From a virus, in the UHGV virus genome UHGV-0067872: 39,401 nt of DNA; one strand, given 5' to 3'. The notes beneath the pieces were generated by a model. It ran no database searches. It saw nothing but the letters and a program-made list of their open reading frames with translations, and was not told the origin of the DNA. Position numbers and translations under genes: made by a program. This document shows, piece after piece, positions 16,802-27,307 of this stretch (the first letter of the stretch is position 1; each line of letters starts with the position of its first letter).

Positions 16802-17235
16802 GCAGAGTCACCGCGATTATCTCCGCTCTGATTATCTGCATCGTCGTCTGTCTGTCATGGGCTGTTAATCATTACCGTGATAACGCCATCGCCTACAAAG
16901 ACCAGCGCGATAAAGCCACATCCATCATCGCTGACATGCAGAAGCGTCAACGTGATGTAGCAGAACTCGACGCCAGATACACAAAGGAGCTTGCTGATGC
17001 TAACGCGACTATCGAAAGTCTCCGTGCTGATGTTTCTGCTGGTCGTAAGCGCCTGCAAGTCTCCGCAACCTGTGCAAAGTCAACGACCGGAGCCAGCAGC
17101 ATGGGCGATGGAGAAAGCCCAAGACTTACAGCAGATGCTGAACTCAATTATTACCGTCTCAGAAGTGGAATCGACAGGATAACCGCGCAGGTTAACTACC
17201 TGCAGGAGTACATCAGGACGCAATGCCTTCGATGA
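16798..17235 (+). CDS. Rz: Spanin inner-membrane subunit Rz
   Basis: N-terminus [31 protein letters not shown] as lambda Rz; C-terminal half divergent. Confidence 0.85.
   Translation: MSRVTAIISALIICIVVCLSWAVNHYRDNAIAYKDQRDKATSIIADMQKRQRDVAELDARYTKELADANATIESLRADVSAGRKRLQVSATCAKSTTGASSMGDGESPRLTADAELNYYRLRSGIDRITAQVNYLQEYIRTQCLR
16991..17182 (+). CDS. Rz1: Spanin outer-membrane lipoprotein Rz1, nested in +1 frame within Rz
   Basis: Signal peptide plus lipobox-like LVVSAC, Pro-rich mature part; embedded like lambda Rz1. Confidence 0.65.
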   Translation: MLMLTRLSKVSVLMFLLVVSACKSPQPVQSQRPEPAAWAMEKAQDLQQMLNSIITVSEVESTG

Positions 17236-17410
17236 TAGCGATAATTTTACTCATCATCCTTCACATCTGGCTCTGTAGACAGGGTGGTGATCACTTCTGG
17301 AGTAAATCCAGATTAAACATCTCATTGCTGATGCTTGATATTGAGCATCTGGCGCGCAGTAAGGGGCTGCGTTGAGATAAGAGCCAGTCATTACAAACAC
17401 CAGGATTTAG

Positions 17411-17435
17411 CCTCGCATTCGCGGGGTTTTTTATT
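17411..17435 (+). terminator. Putative rho-independent terminator after the lysis cassette
   Basis: CCTCGC-ATTC-GCGGGG followed by TTTTTTATT. Confidence 0.5.
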
Positions 17436-17456
17436 CCCAACTCCATAGGTAATTTT

Positions 17457-17936
17457 ATGACCCAGCATATTGGCGTAAAACTGATTAACGCCTTTCCGAT
17501 GACGAGACAGGCATATAACGATTTTCGTGGCTGGCAGCTTCCTGCCGGAGAAAACGGCGAGGACGAAGGCTATCTGGTTGAATATCTGGATGGCGGAAAA
17601 CCTAACACCGATCGCTTTGATGGCTACGTTAGCTGGAGTCCAAAAGAAGTATTCGAAAAGGCTTATCGTCCGGTATCAGGACTAAGTTTCGGCCTTGCCA
17701 TGGAAGCGTTAAAACAGGGCAAAAGTTTGCAGCGGGCAGGATGGAATGGGAAAGACCAGTTTGTTTATCTCGTGAAAGGGGAAAAATTAGCGTCTGCGTT
17801 GGGTTATGGCTTTGGCGAATATGTTGGCGAGCCAACTTTCAATGACACGCTTGTATTGAAAAACTCACAGAACCGCCTTGCTACATGGGTTCCATCCATT
17901 GGCGACCTGATGGCTGAAGACTGGCAAATCATTTAA
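17457..17936 (+). CDS. Hypothetical protein with C-terminal DUF2829/Tad2-like domain
   Basis: C-terminal half has AMEALKQGKSLQRAGWNGK...FVYLV...WVPSIGDLMAEDWQII, matching my recollection of the DUF2829 consensus; N-terminal 75 aa unassigned. Confidence 0.5.
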   Translation: MTQHIGVKLINAFPMTRQAYNDFRGWQLPAGENGEDEGYLVEYLDGGKPNTDRFDGYVSWSPKEVFEKAYRPVSGLSFGLAMEALKQGKSLQRAGWNGKDQFVYLVKGEKLASALGYGFGEYVGEPTFNDTLVLKNSQNRLATWVPSIGDLMAEDWQII

Positions 17937-18169
17937 CCATGTAGTCATTACAAAGCCCATCAACGGGTGGGCTTGATAATGAAACCGGAATTTATTCTAG
18001 GCAACCAGTTACGGCAGTACCACGAAACAACCCAAGCCAGTAAGTGGGGAAATAACACTGGCAGCCACTGAAAGATGAACCTCCTGCCTTATGGCAAAAA
18101 AGATTCTTTGTGGTGGCGGACTGATGGAAAGACATCCTAATCAAGCAACCACTCCACAGGGTCATAATT

Positions 18170-18550
18170 ATGAACGACCAGCAAATCGAAAAAGAAATCG
18201 TTGAGAAAGGCAAAACGGCACCGCGAATCACCCCGCAGCACATCGAAGACGTGATTAAAAGCGAGCATTACTTTACTGCTTATGATGGACGAAATGGTGC
18301 CATTTCCAGCAACGAATATTGTGGCAGGGAAAAACCAGAAGAAGGCGATCGTGATTTATCACCATTGAAGTTGCTCACTTTCTGCGTACTGGTGCTGAAG
18401 AATGGCTTCACCGTCACCGGAGAGAGTGCCTGTGCAAGCCCGGAAAACTTTGATGCAGAAATTGGTCGGAAGATTGCCCGGCAAAATGCTGTAAACAAAA
18501 TCTGGATGCTCGAAGGTTACTTGCTGAAGCAGAAGCTAAGCGAACAGTAG
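18170..18550 (+). CDS. Conserved phage protein, possibly Gp49-like
   Basis: 126-aa ORF; motif GESACASPENFDAEIGRKIARQNA recalled from phage Gp49-like proteins; tentative. Confidence 0.4.
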   Translation: MNDQQIEKEIVEKGKTAPRITPQHIEDVIKSEHYFTAYDGRNGAISSNEYCGREKPEEGDRDLSPLKLLTFCVLVLKNGFTVTGESACASPENFDAEIGRKIARQNAVNKIWMLEGYLLKQKLSEQ

Positions 18551-18606
18551 TTATTACAAAAGCCATTCCCTACAGAGTGGCTTTGATAATGGCTTATACC
18601 CTACAC

Positions 18607-18633
18607 GGGATATCTTAACTGATATCCCTTTTA
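18607..18633 (+). terminator. Putative terminator hairpin
   Basis: Perfect inverted repeat GGGATATC-TTAACT-GATATCCC followed by TTTT. Confidence 0.5.
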
Positions 18634-18653
18634 ACGGATAAACGGAGCCAACA

Positions 18654-18896
18654 ATGGCAGAGATTATTCCCATGACTGAAGAACAGAAATTCCAGTTAGA
18701 GATTTACAAACTGGTCATGAACCAGAACGCAGCCGCAGAAGAAGCATTTCAGTTCATTGGCACTGACGAGCTGAAGCTTGAGCTATTCAAAATTCACTTC
18801 CAGTCAGGTGGCGCTAATTCAGATATCACGACGCGCACTATCGAAGCGGTGCGTAAATCTAAGGAAGCGTTAGACCTGTTCACTACCGGAGCATAA
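18654..18896 (+). CDS. Hypothetical protein (80 aa) preceding terminase
   Basis: ORF with SD GGAG; position like small ORFs before TerS in P22-like phages. Confidence 0.45.
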   Translation: MAEIIPMTEEQKFQLEIYKLVMNQNAAAEEAFQFIGTDELKLELFKIHFQSGGANSDITTRTIEAVRKSKEALDLFTTGA

Positions 18897-18898
18897 AC

Positions 18899-19339
18899 AT
18901 GGCGCGCCCAACAAAGTATCAAGAGGCGTATGCCGAACAGGCACGCAAACTGTGCTTGCTGGGCTACACCGATGCAGAGCTTGCTGATTTCTTCGAAGTC
19001 AGTGAGTCAACTATTAACAAGTGGAAGCTTGATTATCCTAAGTTTTCGGAGTCCATAAAAAAGGGTAAGGCCGTCGCTGATGCAGAAGTTAGTGATCGTC
19101 TTTATCAACGCGCTATGGGCTTCGTGGCTCCAGACATCGATATTCGTGTTATTGAAAACAGAATTGTCGAAACTCCGCTTGAGAAGTATTACCCGCCTGA
19201 TACAACAGCTGCCATCTTCTGGCTTAAGAACCGACAGAAGGATAAATGGCGCGACAAGGTTGATCACGAGCTAACAGGCAAAGACGGCGGCGCAATTCAG
19301 ATTGAAACATCACCGATGAGCACTCTATTCGGAAAATGA
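18899..19339 (+). CDS. Terminase small subunit (Sf6 gp1-like)
   Basis: C-terminus ELTGKDGGAIQIETSPMSTLFGK matches my recollection of Sf6 small terminase; N-terminal HTH-like segment. Confidence 0.75.
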   Translation: MARPTKYQEAYAEQARKLCLLGYTDAELADFFEVSESTINKWKLDYPKFSESIKKGKAVADAEVSDRLYQRAMGFVAPDIDIRVIENRIVETPLEKYYPPDTTAAIFWLKNRQKDKWRDKVDHELTGKDGGAIQIETSPMSTLFGK

Positions 19340-20751
19340 CCACGATTAATCCTATCTTTGAACCGTTCATTGAGGCGCATCGCTACAAAGTCGCCAAAGG
19401 CGGTCGAGGTAGCGGTAAGTCATGGGCAATTGCGAGGCTGCTTGTTGAAGCGGCGCGTCGGCAGCCTGTGCGCATACTTTGCGCTCGTGAGCTGCAAAAC
19501 AGTATCAGCGATTCGGTAATCCGGCTGCTTGAAGATACCATCGAGCGTGAAGGGTATTCGGCTGAGTTTGAAATTCAGCGTTCCATGATTCGTCATCTCG
19601 GAACGAATGCTGAGTTCATGTTCTACGGCATCAAAAACAACCCGACGAAGATTAAATCGCTAGAAGGTATTGATATCTGCTGGGTGGAGGAAGCGGAAGC
19701 GGTAACGAAGGAATCATGGGATATCCTGATACCAACCATCCGCAAGCCGTTTTCCGAAATATGGGTGAGCTTTAACCCTAAGAACATCCTCGACGATACC
19801 TATCAGCGATTCGTTGTAAATCCTCCCGATGATATTTGTCTGCTGACGGTGAACTACACCGACAACCCGCACTTTCCTGAAGTTCTCCGTCTGGAGATGG
19901 AAGAGTGTAAACGCAGAAATCCGACACTGTATCGTCACATCTGGCTTGGTGAGCCAGTGAGCGCAAGTGATATGGCAATCATCAAACGTGAATGGCTTGA
20001 AGCCGCAACCGATGCGCACAAGAAACTCGGATGGAAGGCGAAAGGCGCTGTTGTCTCTGCGCATGACCCGTCAGATACAGGACCGGATGCTAAAGGTTAT
20101 GCATCGCGCCACGGTTCGGTAGTTAAGCGCATTGCCGAAGGCCTGCTGATGGACATCAATGAAGGTGCTGACTGGGCAACTTCGCTGGCGATTGAAGACG
20201 GCTCTGACCACTACCTGTGGGATGGTGATGGTGTTGGTGCCGGGCTACGCAGACAGACAACGGAAGCGTTCTCCGGCAAGAAAATCACCGCCACGATGTT
20301 CAAGGGCAGCGAATCGCCATTCGATGAAGATGCGCCATATCAGGCCGGAGCATGGGCTGATGAAGTCGTACAGGGCGACAATGTTCGCACTATTGGCGAT
20401 GTATTCCGCAATAAGCGAGCGCAATTCTATTACGCGCTGGCTGACAGGCTGTATCTGACATATCGGGCGGTTGTTCACGGTGAGTATGCAGACCCAGACG
20501 ACATGCTGAGTTTCGACAAAGAAGCGATAGGCGAGAAGATGCTGGAGAAGCTGTTTGCAGAACTGACGCAGATTCAGCGCAAATTCAATAACAACGGGAA
20601 GCTGGAGCTTATGACTAAGGTCGAAATGAAACAGAAGCTCGGGATTCCATCTCCTAACCTGGCTGATGCGCTGATGATGTGTATGCATTGCCCGGAGTCG
20701 GCTGCGCAACCCGACTATTCCAGTTACTCAATTCCTTGTGGTGTAGGTTGA
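19336..20751 (+). CDS. Terminase large subunit
   Basis: Walker A KGGRGSGKS near N-terminus; size 471 aa; follows TerS with 4-nt overlap. Confidence 0.9.
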   Translation: MTTINPIFEPFIEAHRYKVAKGGRGSGKSWAIARLLVEAARRQPVRILCARELQNSISDSVIRLLEDTIEREGYSAEFEIQRSMIRHLGTNAEFMFYGIKNNPTKIKSLEGIDICWVEEAEAVTKESWDILIPTIRKPFSEIWVSFNPKNILDDTYQRFVVNPPDDICLLTVNYTDNPHFPEVLRLEMEECKRRNPTLYRHIWLGEPVSASDMAIIKREWLEAATDAHKKLGWKAKGAVVSAHDPSDTGPDAKGYASRHGSVVKRIAEGLLMDINEGADWATSLAIEDGSDHYLWDGDGVGAGLRRQTTEAFSGKKITATMFKGSESPFDEDAPYQAGAWADEVVQGDNVRTIGDVFRNKRAQFYYALADRLYLTYRAVVHGEYADPDDMLSFDKEAIGEKMLEKLFAELTQIQRKFNNNGKLELMTKVEMKQKLGIPSPNLADALMMCMHCPESAAQPDYSSYSIPCGVG

Positions 20752-20752
20752 T

Positions 20753-22951
20753 ATGGCAGAAAAAAAGATGACTGACTGGCATCGCAAGGTGCTGTGCAAC
20801 TTTGATAATGCCTGGTCAGCAACGCAGGATATGCGTGAGCAGATTATTGAGGCTCAACGTTTCGTCCGGGTATCCGGCGCACAGTGGGAAGGCAGCACAA
20901 ACGCTGGTTACTCATTTGATGAAGGCAGGTTTGAGCATTACCCGCGCTTTGAACTGAATAAGATTGCCCGTGAATGTGATCGCATCATTGGCGAGTATCG
21001 ACAGAATCGCATCAGCGTTAAATTCAGGCCGAAGGACGATAAGGCATCGGAAGCGTTAGCCGAAAAAATGAACGGCAAATTCCGCGCTGACTATCAGGAA
21101 ACATCCGGTGGCGAAGCGTGTGATAACGCATTTGATGATGCCGTAACGGGTGGATTCGGTTGTTTCCGCATGTGTGCCGATTACGAAGATGAAATGGATC
21201 CGAGTAACGAGCAGCGACGCATCAGTCTTCTTCCTGTTTACGACCCGGCGACATGCGTCTTCTTCGATCAGGACAGCAAGCAATATGACCGCTCTGATGC
21301 TATGTGGGCTATGGAAATGTTCTCCATGACGCCTAAAGCGTTCGAAGCTGAATACCCTGATTCCATCGTTGCAAGTCTTTCTCGTGATGACACTGGCACT
21401 CAATATGACTGGTCAACTCCTGATGCTATCTATGTTGGTCGCTACTATGAAGTCCGCATAGAGAAGGTAAAGCTCACGGCGTGGCGCAACCCTGTTAGCG
21501 GAGAAACGGCAATCTATGATGAAGAGCAAATCAAAGATATTGTCGACGAGCTAACCGATGGTGCATTCGAACTGATCGGTGAGCGAACGGTGAAGAAACG
21601 CCGCGTTTATTGCGGTCTTCTGTCTGGCGCTGAATGGCTGGAAGAACCGAAGCGCATTCCGGGCGAACATATTCCTCTCATCCCGGTATATGGGCGTCGT
21701 TCATTTGTTGGTAATCAGGAGCGAATCGAAGGCCACGCAGCAAAAGCGATGGATGCACAGCGTCTTGAGAACCTGATGGTTTCCATGATTGCAGATAACG
21801 CTACTCAGGCTGGCGGTGATGGCATTCCTGTAGTTGATGTTGACATGATTCCTGGTCCTCTCGCCACTCATTGGGCGGAGCGCAACAAAAAGCGCCCGGC
21901 GTTCCTGCCGATGGTCAGTCTGAAAAACAAAAACGGAGATATTACTGCGCAGGCTCAGGTCAGCAGTTATACGCCTCCGACACAAATGCCTCCAGCTCTT
22001 GCCGGGCTATTGCAGTACACCGGAACGGCTATTCAGCAAATTACAGGTGCGTCGCAGCTTGAGAACATGCCGAGCAACGTCGCCACCGATACCGTTGATA
22101 GCATCTTTAACCGGATGGATACGCAGTCCTATATCTACATGGACAACATGGCTAAATCCATGCGTCGCGCTGGCGTTGTGTGGCTTTCTATGGCGCGTGA
22201 GGTCTATGGCAGTGATACGCCGATGCGTATCGTTAATGAGGACGGCAGCGATGACGTGGCGCTGATGACTGGTGAAGTGGTTGACCGTCAGACAGGGCAG
22301 GTTATCGCGCTTAATGACCTTTCGCAGGGCAACTATGAAGTGACTGTCGATGTCGGTCAGTCGTTCGCTACTCGCCGTGATGCAACGGTTAAGTCGTTAC
22401 TTTCCATGCTGGCACTTATCCCACCAGGAACGCCGAAGCACGACCTTGTATCGTCGATGATTCTCGACAATATGGACGGCGAAGGGATGGACGACCTTAA
22501 AGAATACAACCGCAATCAGTTGCTTCTGTCTGGAGTTATCAAGCCGAGAACGCCTGAAGAACAGCAGATGGTTGAACAGGCGAAACAACAACAGGCCAGT
22601 CAGCCAGATCCGGCTATGGTTGCAGCGCAAGGTCAGCTTCTTGCAGGTCAGGCTGAATTGCAGAAAGCGCAGAACGAACAGGCAGCCATTCAGGTTAAAG
22701 CATTCCAGGCACAGACTGATGCTCAGGTTGCAGCGGCAAACGTTGTGAAAATCCTCGCATCTGCCGATAGCCAGCAGAAATCTGATATCCGCGAGGCTCT
22801 GAAACTGCTCGGACAGTTCCAGCAACAGCAAGGAGACAATGCCCGTGCTGATGCAGAGCTTGTCCTGAAAAGTCAGGCACAGGGTCATGCGCAGCGCATG
22901 GACATCAGCAGCATCCTGCAAAAATCAACTCAGCAACAACCACAGCAGTAA
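20753..22951 (+). CDS. Portal protein (P22 gp1-like)
   Basis: 732-aa protein; segments GEHIPLIPVYG and C-terminal QAKQQQASQPDPAMVAAQGQLLAGQAELQKAQNEQ parallel the P22 portal barrel as I recall it. Confidence 0.9.
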   Translation: MAEKKMTDWHRKVLCNFDNAWSATQDMREQIIEAQRFVRVSGAQWEGSTNAGYSFDEGRFEHYPRFELNKIARECDRIIGEYRQNRISVKFRPKDDKASEALAEKMNGKFRADYQETSGGEACDNAFDDAVTGGFGCFRMCADYEDEMDPSNEQRRISLLPVYDPATCVFFDQDSKQYDRSDAMWAMEMFSMTPKAFEAEYPDSIVASLSRDDTGTQYDWSTPDAIYVGRYYEVRIEKVKLTAWRNPVSGETAIYDEEQIKDIVDELTDGAFELIGERTVKKRRVYCGLLSGAEWLEEPKRIPGEHIPLIPVYGRRSFVGNQERIEGHAAKAMDAQRLENLMVSMIADNATQAGGDGIPVVDVDMIPGPLATHWAERNKKRPAFLPMVSLKNKNGDITAQAQVSSYTPPTQMPPALAGLLQYTGTAIQQITGASQLENMPSNVATDTVDSIFNRMDTQSYIYMDNMAKSMRRAGVVWLSMAREVYGSDTPMRIVNEDGSDDVALMTGEVVDRQTGQVIALNDLSQGNYEVTVDVGQSFATRRDATVKSLLSMLALIPPGTPKHDLVSSMILDNMDGEGMDDLKEYNRNQLLLSGVIKPRTPEEQQMVEQAKQQQASQPDPAMVAAQGQLLAGQAELQKAQNEQAAIQVKAFQAQTDAQVAAANVVKILASADSQQKSDIREALKLLGQFQQQQGDNARADAELVLKSQAQGHAQRMDISSILQKSTQQQPQQ

Positions 22952-23041
22952 TTAACCCATAACGTGCAATGGCTGTCTTTATGAGGCCTGGCACCCTATT
23001 GCCTTCCGATGGGCTGAACATCGAGTAAACAGGGGTAACAA

Positions 23042-23935
23042 ATGGACCAGATGGCAGAAAACACACCAGAAGTTGAAATCGAAACCGACGCGTCAGAGCA
23101 GATTCCTGATGATGTCGAACTGGCTGAAGAAGTCGAAACAGAAGATGGCAGTGAGTCCTCCGGCAATGATGCAGAGGAAGCTACTGAAACTGATGACGAC
23201 GAATCAGAACAGGAATTCTACTTTGGTGACGAAAAGCTGGATTCGCCAACCAGCGAAGATGGCGCAGAGCATGGACTGGTAAAACACCTGCGCAAGACGA
23301 TTAAAGAGAAAGACCGCGAGCTGAAAGAGCTGATGCGTCAGTCTCAGAAACCAGTCGAGCAGCAGTCGGTAATCACTCAACCACCGCGAATGCCAAAACT
23401 GGATGATGAGGACATCGGTTTCGATGAAGAAATCTACCAGCAACGCATGGCTAAGTGGGCAGAGGATAACGGCAAGTACCAGCAACAGGAGATGGCTCGC
23501 AAGCAGAAGGAGCAGGAGCTTCAGGCTGCCTATCAAGAGCGATTATCCAAATATCAGCAACGTGTTAAGGCTCTCAAAGTTCCTGGCTATCAGGAAGCAG
23601 AACAGGCCGTACTCGAGGAAATCCCCATCGAGACACAAAACGCGATCCTGTTTGAGTCAGAGAAGCCGGAAATCGTTGTTCTGGCGCTCGGTCGCAACGC
23701 TGAACTGCGCAAGCAACTGGCAGAAGCTACCAACCCCGTAGCAATTGGTCGTCTGCTGGAACGTATCGAATCGAAGGCCAGAATCATGCCAAAAGCAAAA
23801 ACCACGGCAGCCACAACCCCGACAGTTAAGGGGAGCAACGGCGCAGTAATCAACAACCTCGACAAATTGAAAGCCAAGGCGCTGGAAACTGGTGACTGGA
23901 CGCCGTATTTCGCCGCTAAAAAGGCAAAAAAATAA
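23042..23935 (+). CDS. Scaffolding protein (gp8-like)
   Basis: Highly charged, helical, 297 aa, between portal and coat. Confidence 0.7.
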   Translation: MDQMAENTPEVEIETDASEQIPDDVELAEEVETEDGSESSGNDAEEATETDDDESEQEFYFGDEKLDSPTSEDGAEHGLVKHLRKTIKEKDRELKELMRQSQKPVEQQSVITQPPRMPKLDDEDIGFDEEIYQQRMAKWAEDNGKYQQQEMARKQKEQELQAAYQERLSKYQQRVKALKVPGYQEAEQAVLEEIPIETQNAILFESEKPEIVVLALGRNAELRKQLAEATNPVAIGRLLERIESKARIMPKAKTTAATTPTVKGSNGAVINNLDKLKAKALETGDWTPYFAAKKAKK

Positions 23936-23953
23936 CCTATCGGAGCATTAAGC

Positions 23954-25207
23954 ATGGCTAACCAATTAGCAAAAGACCTTGAAATCATGTTCGAAAACTA
24001 CGTTGAAGGCTTTGAGGCCGCCTGCGTAGTTTCCCGTAACGCTAAAAAATTCCGTCCCGGTGATACAGCAATGCAGCGAGCAGGTGATGTTCTGTATCGT
24101 CCGCAGCATTACCACATGAACATTGAGGAAGGCCTAGACCTCAGCGGCAAAACGCCAACAGCACTGGTTCAGCGCCTTGTTCCTTCCGTGTTCAAGGAGC
24201 CGAAAAACATTCTGTACACTCTGGATGCGCGTGAAATGCGTGACCCGGAACATAAAACTGAAGCTGGTCGCGCCGCAGGTATGCGCCTTGCTGCACAGAT
24301 TGACTCTGACCTGATTTCCATGGTTACGCAGCGTGCTACTAACGTGATCACGATGGCTGACTCAACCACAGGTTCACAGGGCCGTGATTTGTGGAACTGT
24401 GCGGCAGGTATTGATGCCACTATGACGGCGATTGGTGTACCGCAGGGTATCAACCGTCGCTCTTTCTGGAACCCCTTCAACTACAAAGACCTTGCTGGCG
24501 AGCTTGGTCACCGTGCCTATGCTCAGGGCGCAACCCTGACAGCATACGAAAAAGCGCAAATCCCTCCGGTTGCGTCCTTCGATAGCTACAAGACCGATAT
24601 TTCTGGTCGTGTTCCGAAGGGTACAGCAACTTCCATTACGCTGGCAGCAGCACCTGCGCACAAGGTTGAAGCGAAAGATGCTAACGATATGCCAGTGGAT
24701 AACCGACAGGGGACCATTACGGTATCTGCTGAAGGTTTGCAGGTTGGCGATGCGTTTACCATCGCAGGGGTGAATTCCGTACACCAGATCACCAAAGATA
24801 CCACCGGGCAGCCGCAGGTATTCCGCGTTCTGGCAGTTAGCGGAACGACAGTAACTATCTCCCCGAAAATTCTGCCGCCTGACAACGCGGATGTCGCCAG
24901 CCGTCCATATGCAAACGTTGATGCTAATGCGGCAAGTAGCGCAGCAATCACCATTCTCAACAAAAATGCCGCACCGGCTAACCTGTTCTGGGCTGATGGT
25001 TCTGTTGAACTGATGTACGGCAAACTGGCGTTCCCGACTGGTCAGGGTCCACAGGTAATGACAGCAACCACCGAGCAGGGCGCTACGCTGATCATGTCTT
25101 ATGCCTTCGACCACATCAAAGGCGTAACCACTGCTCGTTTCACCACTCTGTACGGTTGCTCTGTACTTGTTCCTGAATATACGGGCATCGTTATTGCCGG
25201 GCAGTAA
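23954..25207 (+). CDS. Major coat protein (P22 gp5-like)
   Basis: 417 aa; position and scattered similarity to P22 coat; followed by terminator. Confidence 0.85.
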   Translation: MANQLAKDLEIMFENYVEGFEAACVVSRNAKKFRPGDTAMQRAGDVLYRPQHYHMNIEEGLDLSGKTPTALVQRLVPSVFKEPKNILYTLDAREMRDPEHKTEAGRAAGMRLAAQIDSDLISMVTQRATNVITMADSTTGSQGRDLWNCAAGIDATMTAIGVPQGINRRSFWNPFNYKDLAGELGHRAYAQGATLTAYEKAQIPPVASFDSYKTDISGRVPKGTATSITLAAAPAHKVEAKDANDMPVDNRQGTITVSAEGLQVGDAFTIAGVNSVHQITKDTTGQPQVFRVLAVSGTTVTISPKILPPDNADVASRPYANVDANAASSAAITILNKNAAPANLFWADGSVELMYGKLAFPTGQGPQVMTATTEQGATLIMSYAFDHIKGVTTARFTTLYGCSVLVPEYTGIVIAGQ

Positions 25208-25214
25208 TTTTGGT

Positions 25215-25236
25215 GGGGCTTCGGCCCCATTTTTAT
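25215..25236 (+). terminator. Rho-independent terminator after coat gene
   Basis: GGGGC-TTCG-GCCCC followed by ATTTTTA. Confidence 0.55.
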
Positions 25237-25248
25237 TGGGAGAAGACA

Positions 25249-25437
25249 ATGGCACGAACAATGCTCTATAAGCCGGGCAACATGATCACCTGTGGTCAGT
25301 TTGCTGTCGATTACATCATTGTTGATGACGAAGAAGTTAAATCTCACCTGAAAAAAGGCTGGGTAAAAACTCCTGAAGAAACCGCAACGAAGCATAAAGT
25401 GGCTAAGGCGGAAGAAGATGGCGAAAACGAAGGGTGA
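25249..25437 (+). CDS. Small hypothetical protein (62 aa)
   Basis: Internal ATG 25249 with GGAGA upstream (track ORF 25210.. starts earlier, inside the terminator). Confidence 0.3.
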   Translation: MARTMLYKPGNMITCGQFAVDYIIVDDEEVKSHLKKGWVKTPEETATKHKVAKAEEDGENEG

Positions 25438-25879
25438 TCTCGTTCTTAAGGCTTTACGAAAAGCCGGGCTGTATTCCAATGCCACGTTGACAGATGCTGA
25501 CCCTCAGGCAATTGAAGATGCCATTAATGACCTCGAAGACATGATGGCAGCATGGCAGGCGAAAGGTATCGAGCTTGGGTATCAGTTTGCTGATACAGAA
25601 AACGGCATCATGCCGTTACCTGACGATGATTCAGGTATCCCTGCATGGGCAAATGATGGCGTCGCTTTGAAACTCGCTGTGCAAGTGTGCATGGATAACG
25701 TCATTCAGCCGTCGGATGCTCTCCTGACCGCTGCTGACAGCGCATATCAGACAATTTGCATCGCTTTAACCAAAATACCACCACTTGAGCGGCGAAATGA
25801 CATGCCTCGCGGTAGTGGTAACAAAAGCGCGTTTACGTGGAATCGGTTTTACATCGAGAAAGATGATCCGAGTACGTGA
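25418..25879 (+). CDS. Head-completion / tail adaptor protein (gp4-like)
   Basis: Position and size as P22 gp4. Confidence 0.6.
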   Translation: MAKTKGDLVLKALRKAGLYSNATLTDADPQAIEDAINDLEDMMAAWQAKGIELGYQFADTENGIMPLPDDDSGIPAWANDGVALKLAVQVCMDNVIQPSDALLTAADSAYQTICIALTKIPPLERRNDMPRGSGNKSAFTWNRFYIEKDDPST

Positions 25880-25888
25880 GGTGAATAA

Positions 25889-27307
25889 ATGCCGATTCAG
25901 CAACTTCCGCTTATGAAAGGTGTCGGCAAAGACTTTCGAAACGCCGACTATATCGACTATCTGCCAGTGAATATGCTGGCTACACCCAAAGAAATCCTGA
26001 ACAGCAGCGGATATCTTCGCTCATTCCCGGGCATTGCCAAACGTTCTGATGTGAACGGTATATCGCGCGGCGTCGAGTACAACATGGCGCAGAGTGCTGT
26101 TTATCGCGTGTGTGGTGGCAAGCTGTATAAGGGCGAAAGTGAAGTCGGTGATGTTGCCGGAAGTGGTCGTGTATCAATGGCGCATGGTCGGACATCTCAG
26201 GCTGTAGGCGTTAATGGTCAACTGGTCGAGTATCGCTATGATGGCACGGTTAAAACCGTCTCAAACTGGCCTACAGACAGCGGATTCACGCAGTATGAGT
26301 TAGGCTCAGTCCGCGACATTACGCGCTTACGTGGGCGTTATGCGTGGTCAAAAGACGGTACTGATTCATGGTTTATCACTGATCTTGAAGACGAATCGCA
26401 TCCTGACCGCTACAGCGCACAATATCGGGCAGAATCACAGCCTGACGGCATCATCGGCATCGGAACATGGCGAGACTTCATCGTCTGCTTTGGCTCATCG
26501 ACGATTGAATATTTCTCCCTGACTGGTGCAACCACCGTTGGTGCTGCTTTGTATGTCGCACAGCCATCACTGATGGTGCAGAAAGGCATTGCCGGGACCT
26601 ACTGCAAAACGCCGTTTGCTGATTCGTATGCGTTCATCAGCAATCCGGCAACAGGTGCGCCGTCTGTGTACATCATCGGTTCCGGTCAGGTATCACCAAT
26701 CGCCAGCGCGAGCATTGAGAAAATACTACGCTCCTACACTGCTGATGAACTGGCTGATGGCGTGATGGAGTCTCTGCGATTTGATGCGCATGAGTTGCTG
26801 ATTATCCACCTTCCGCGCCATGTCCTCGTGTACGACGCATCTTCAAGCGCCAATGGTCCGCAATGGTGTGTGTTGAAAACAGGCCTGTATGACGATGTGT
26901 ACCGCGCTATCGACTTCATTTACGAAGGCAATCAGATAACGTGCGGCGATAAGCTGGAGTCCGTGACCGGGAAATTGCAGTTCGACATCAGCAGCCAGTA
27001 TGGTCTTCAACAGGAACACCTGCTGTTTACTCCTCTGTTCAAAGCGGATAACGCCAGAGTTTTCGACCTTGAAGTTGAATCTTCAACTGGCGTTGCGCAG
27101 TACGCTGACCGCCTGTTCCTCTCTGCAACCACTGACGGAATCAATTACGGACGTGAGCAGATGATTGAGCAGAATGAACCGTTCGTTTACGACAAGCGCG
27201 TTTTGTGGAAGCGAGTCGGGCGCATCAGGAAAAATGTTGGCTTCAAATTGCGCGTTATCACGAAGTCACCTGTAACTCTGTCTGGCTGCCAGATAAGGAT
27301 TGAGTAA
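25889..27307 (+). CDS. Tail hub protein (gp10-like)
   Basis: 472 aa, same length and position as P22 gp10. Confidence 0.75.
   Translation: MPIQQLPLMKGVGKDFRNADYIDYLPVNMLATPKEILNSSGYLRSFPGIAKRSDVNGISRGVEYNMAQSAVYRVCGGKLYKGESEVGDVAGSGRVSMAHGRTSQAVGVNGQLVEYRYDGTVKTVSNWPTDSGFTQYELGSVRDITRLRGRYAWSKDGTDSWFITDLEDESHPDRYSAQYRAESQPDGIIGIGTWRDFIVCFGSSTIEYFSLTGATTVGAALYVAQPSLMVQKGIAGTYCKTPFADSYAFISNPATGAPSVYIIGSGQVSPIASASIEKILRSYTADELADGVMESLRFDAHELLIIHLPRHVLVYDASSSANGPQWCVLKTGLYDDVYRAIDFIYEGNQITCGDKLESVTGKLQFDISSQYGLQQEHLLFTPLFKADNARVFDLEVESSTGVAQYADRLFLSATTDGINYGREQMIEQNEPFVYDKRVLWKRVGRIRKNVGFKLRVITKSPVTLSGCQIRIE

Noticed and set aside
24374-25261. 295-aa minus-strand ORF antisense to the coat gene
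   Set aside because: Lies wholly inside the coat protein gene on the opposite strand with a Cys/Arg-rich improbable composition; judged an antisense artefact. Same reasoning for 22397-22921, 27855-28580, 19714-20064, 20245-20709, 30999-31719 and 1459-1953.
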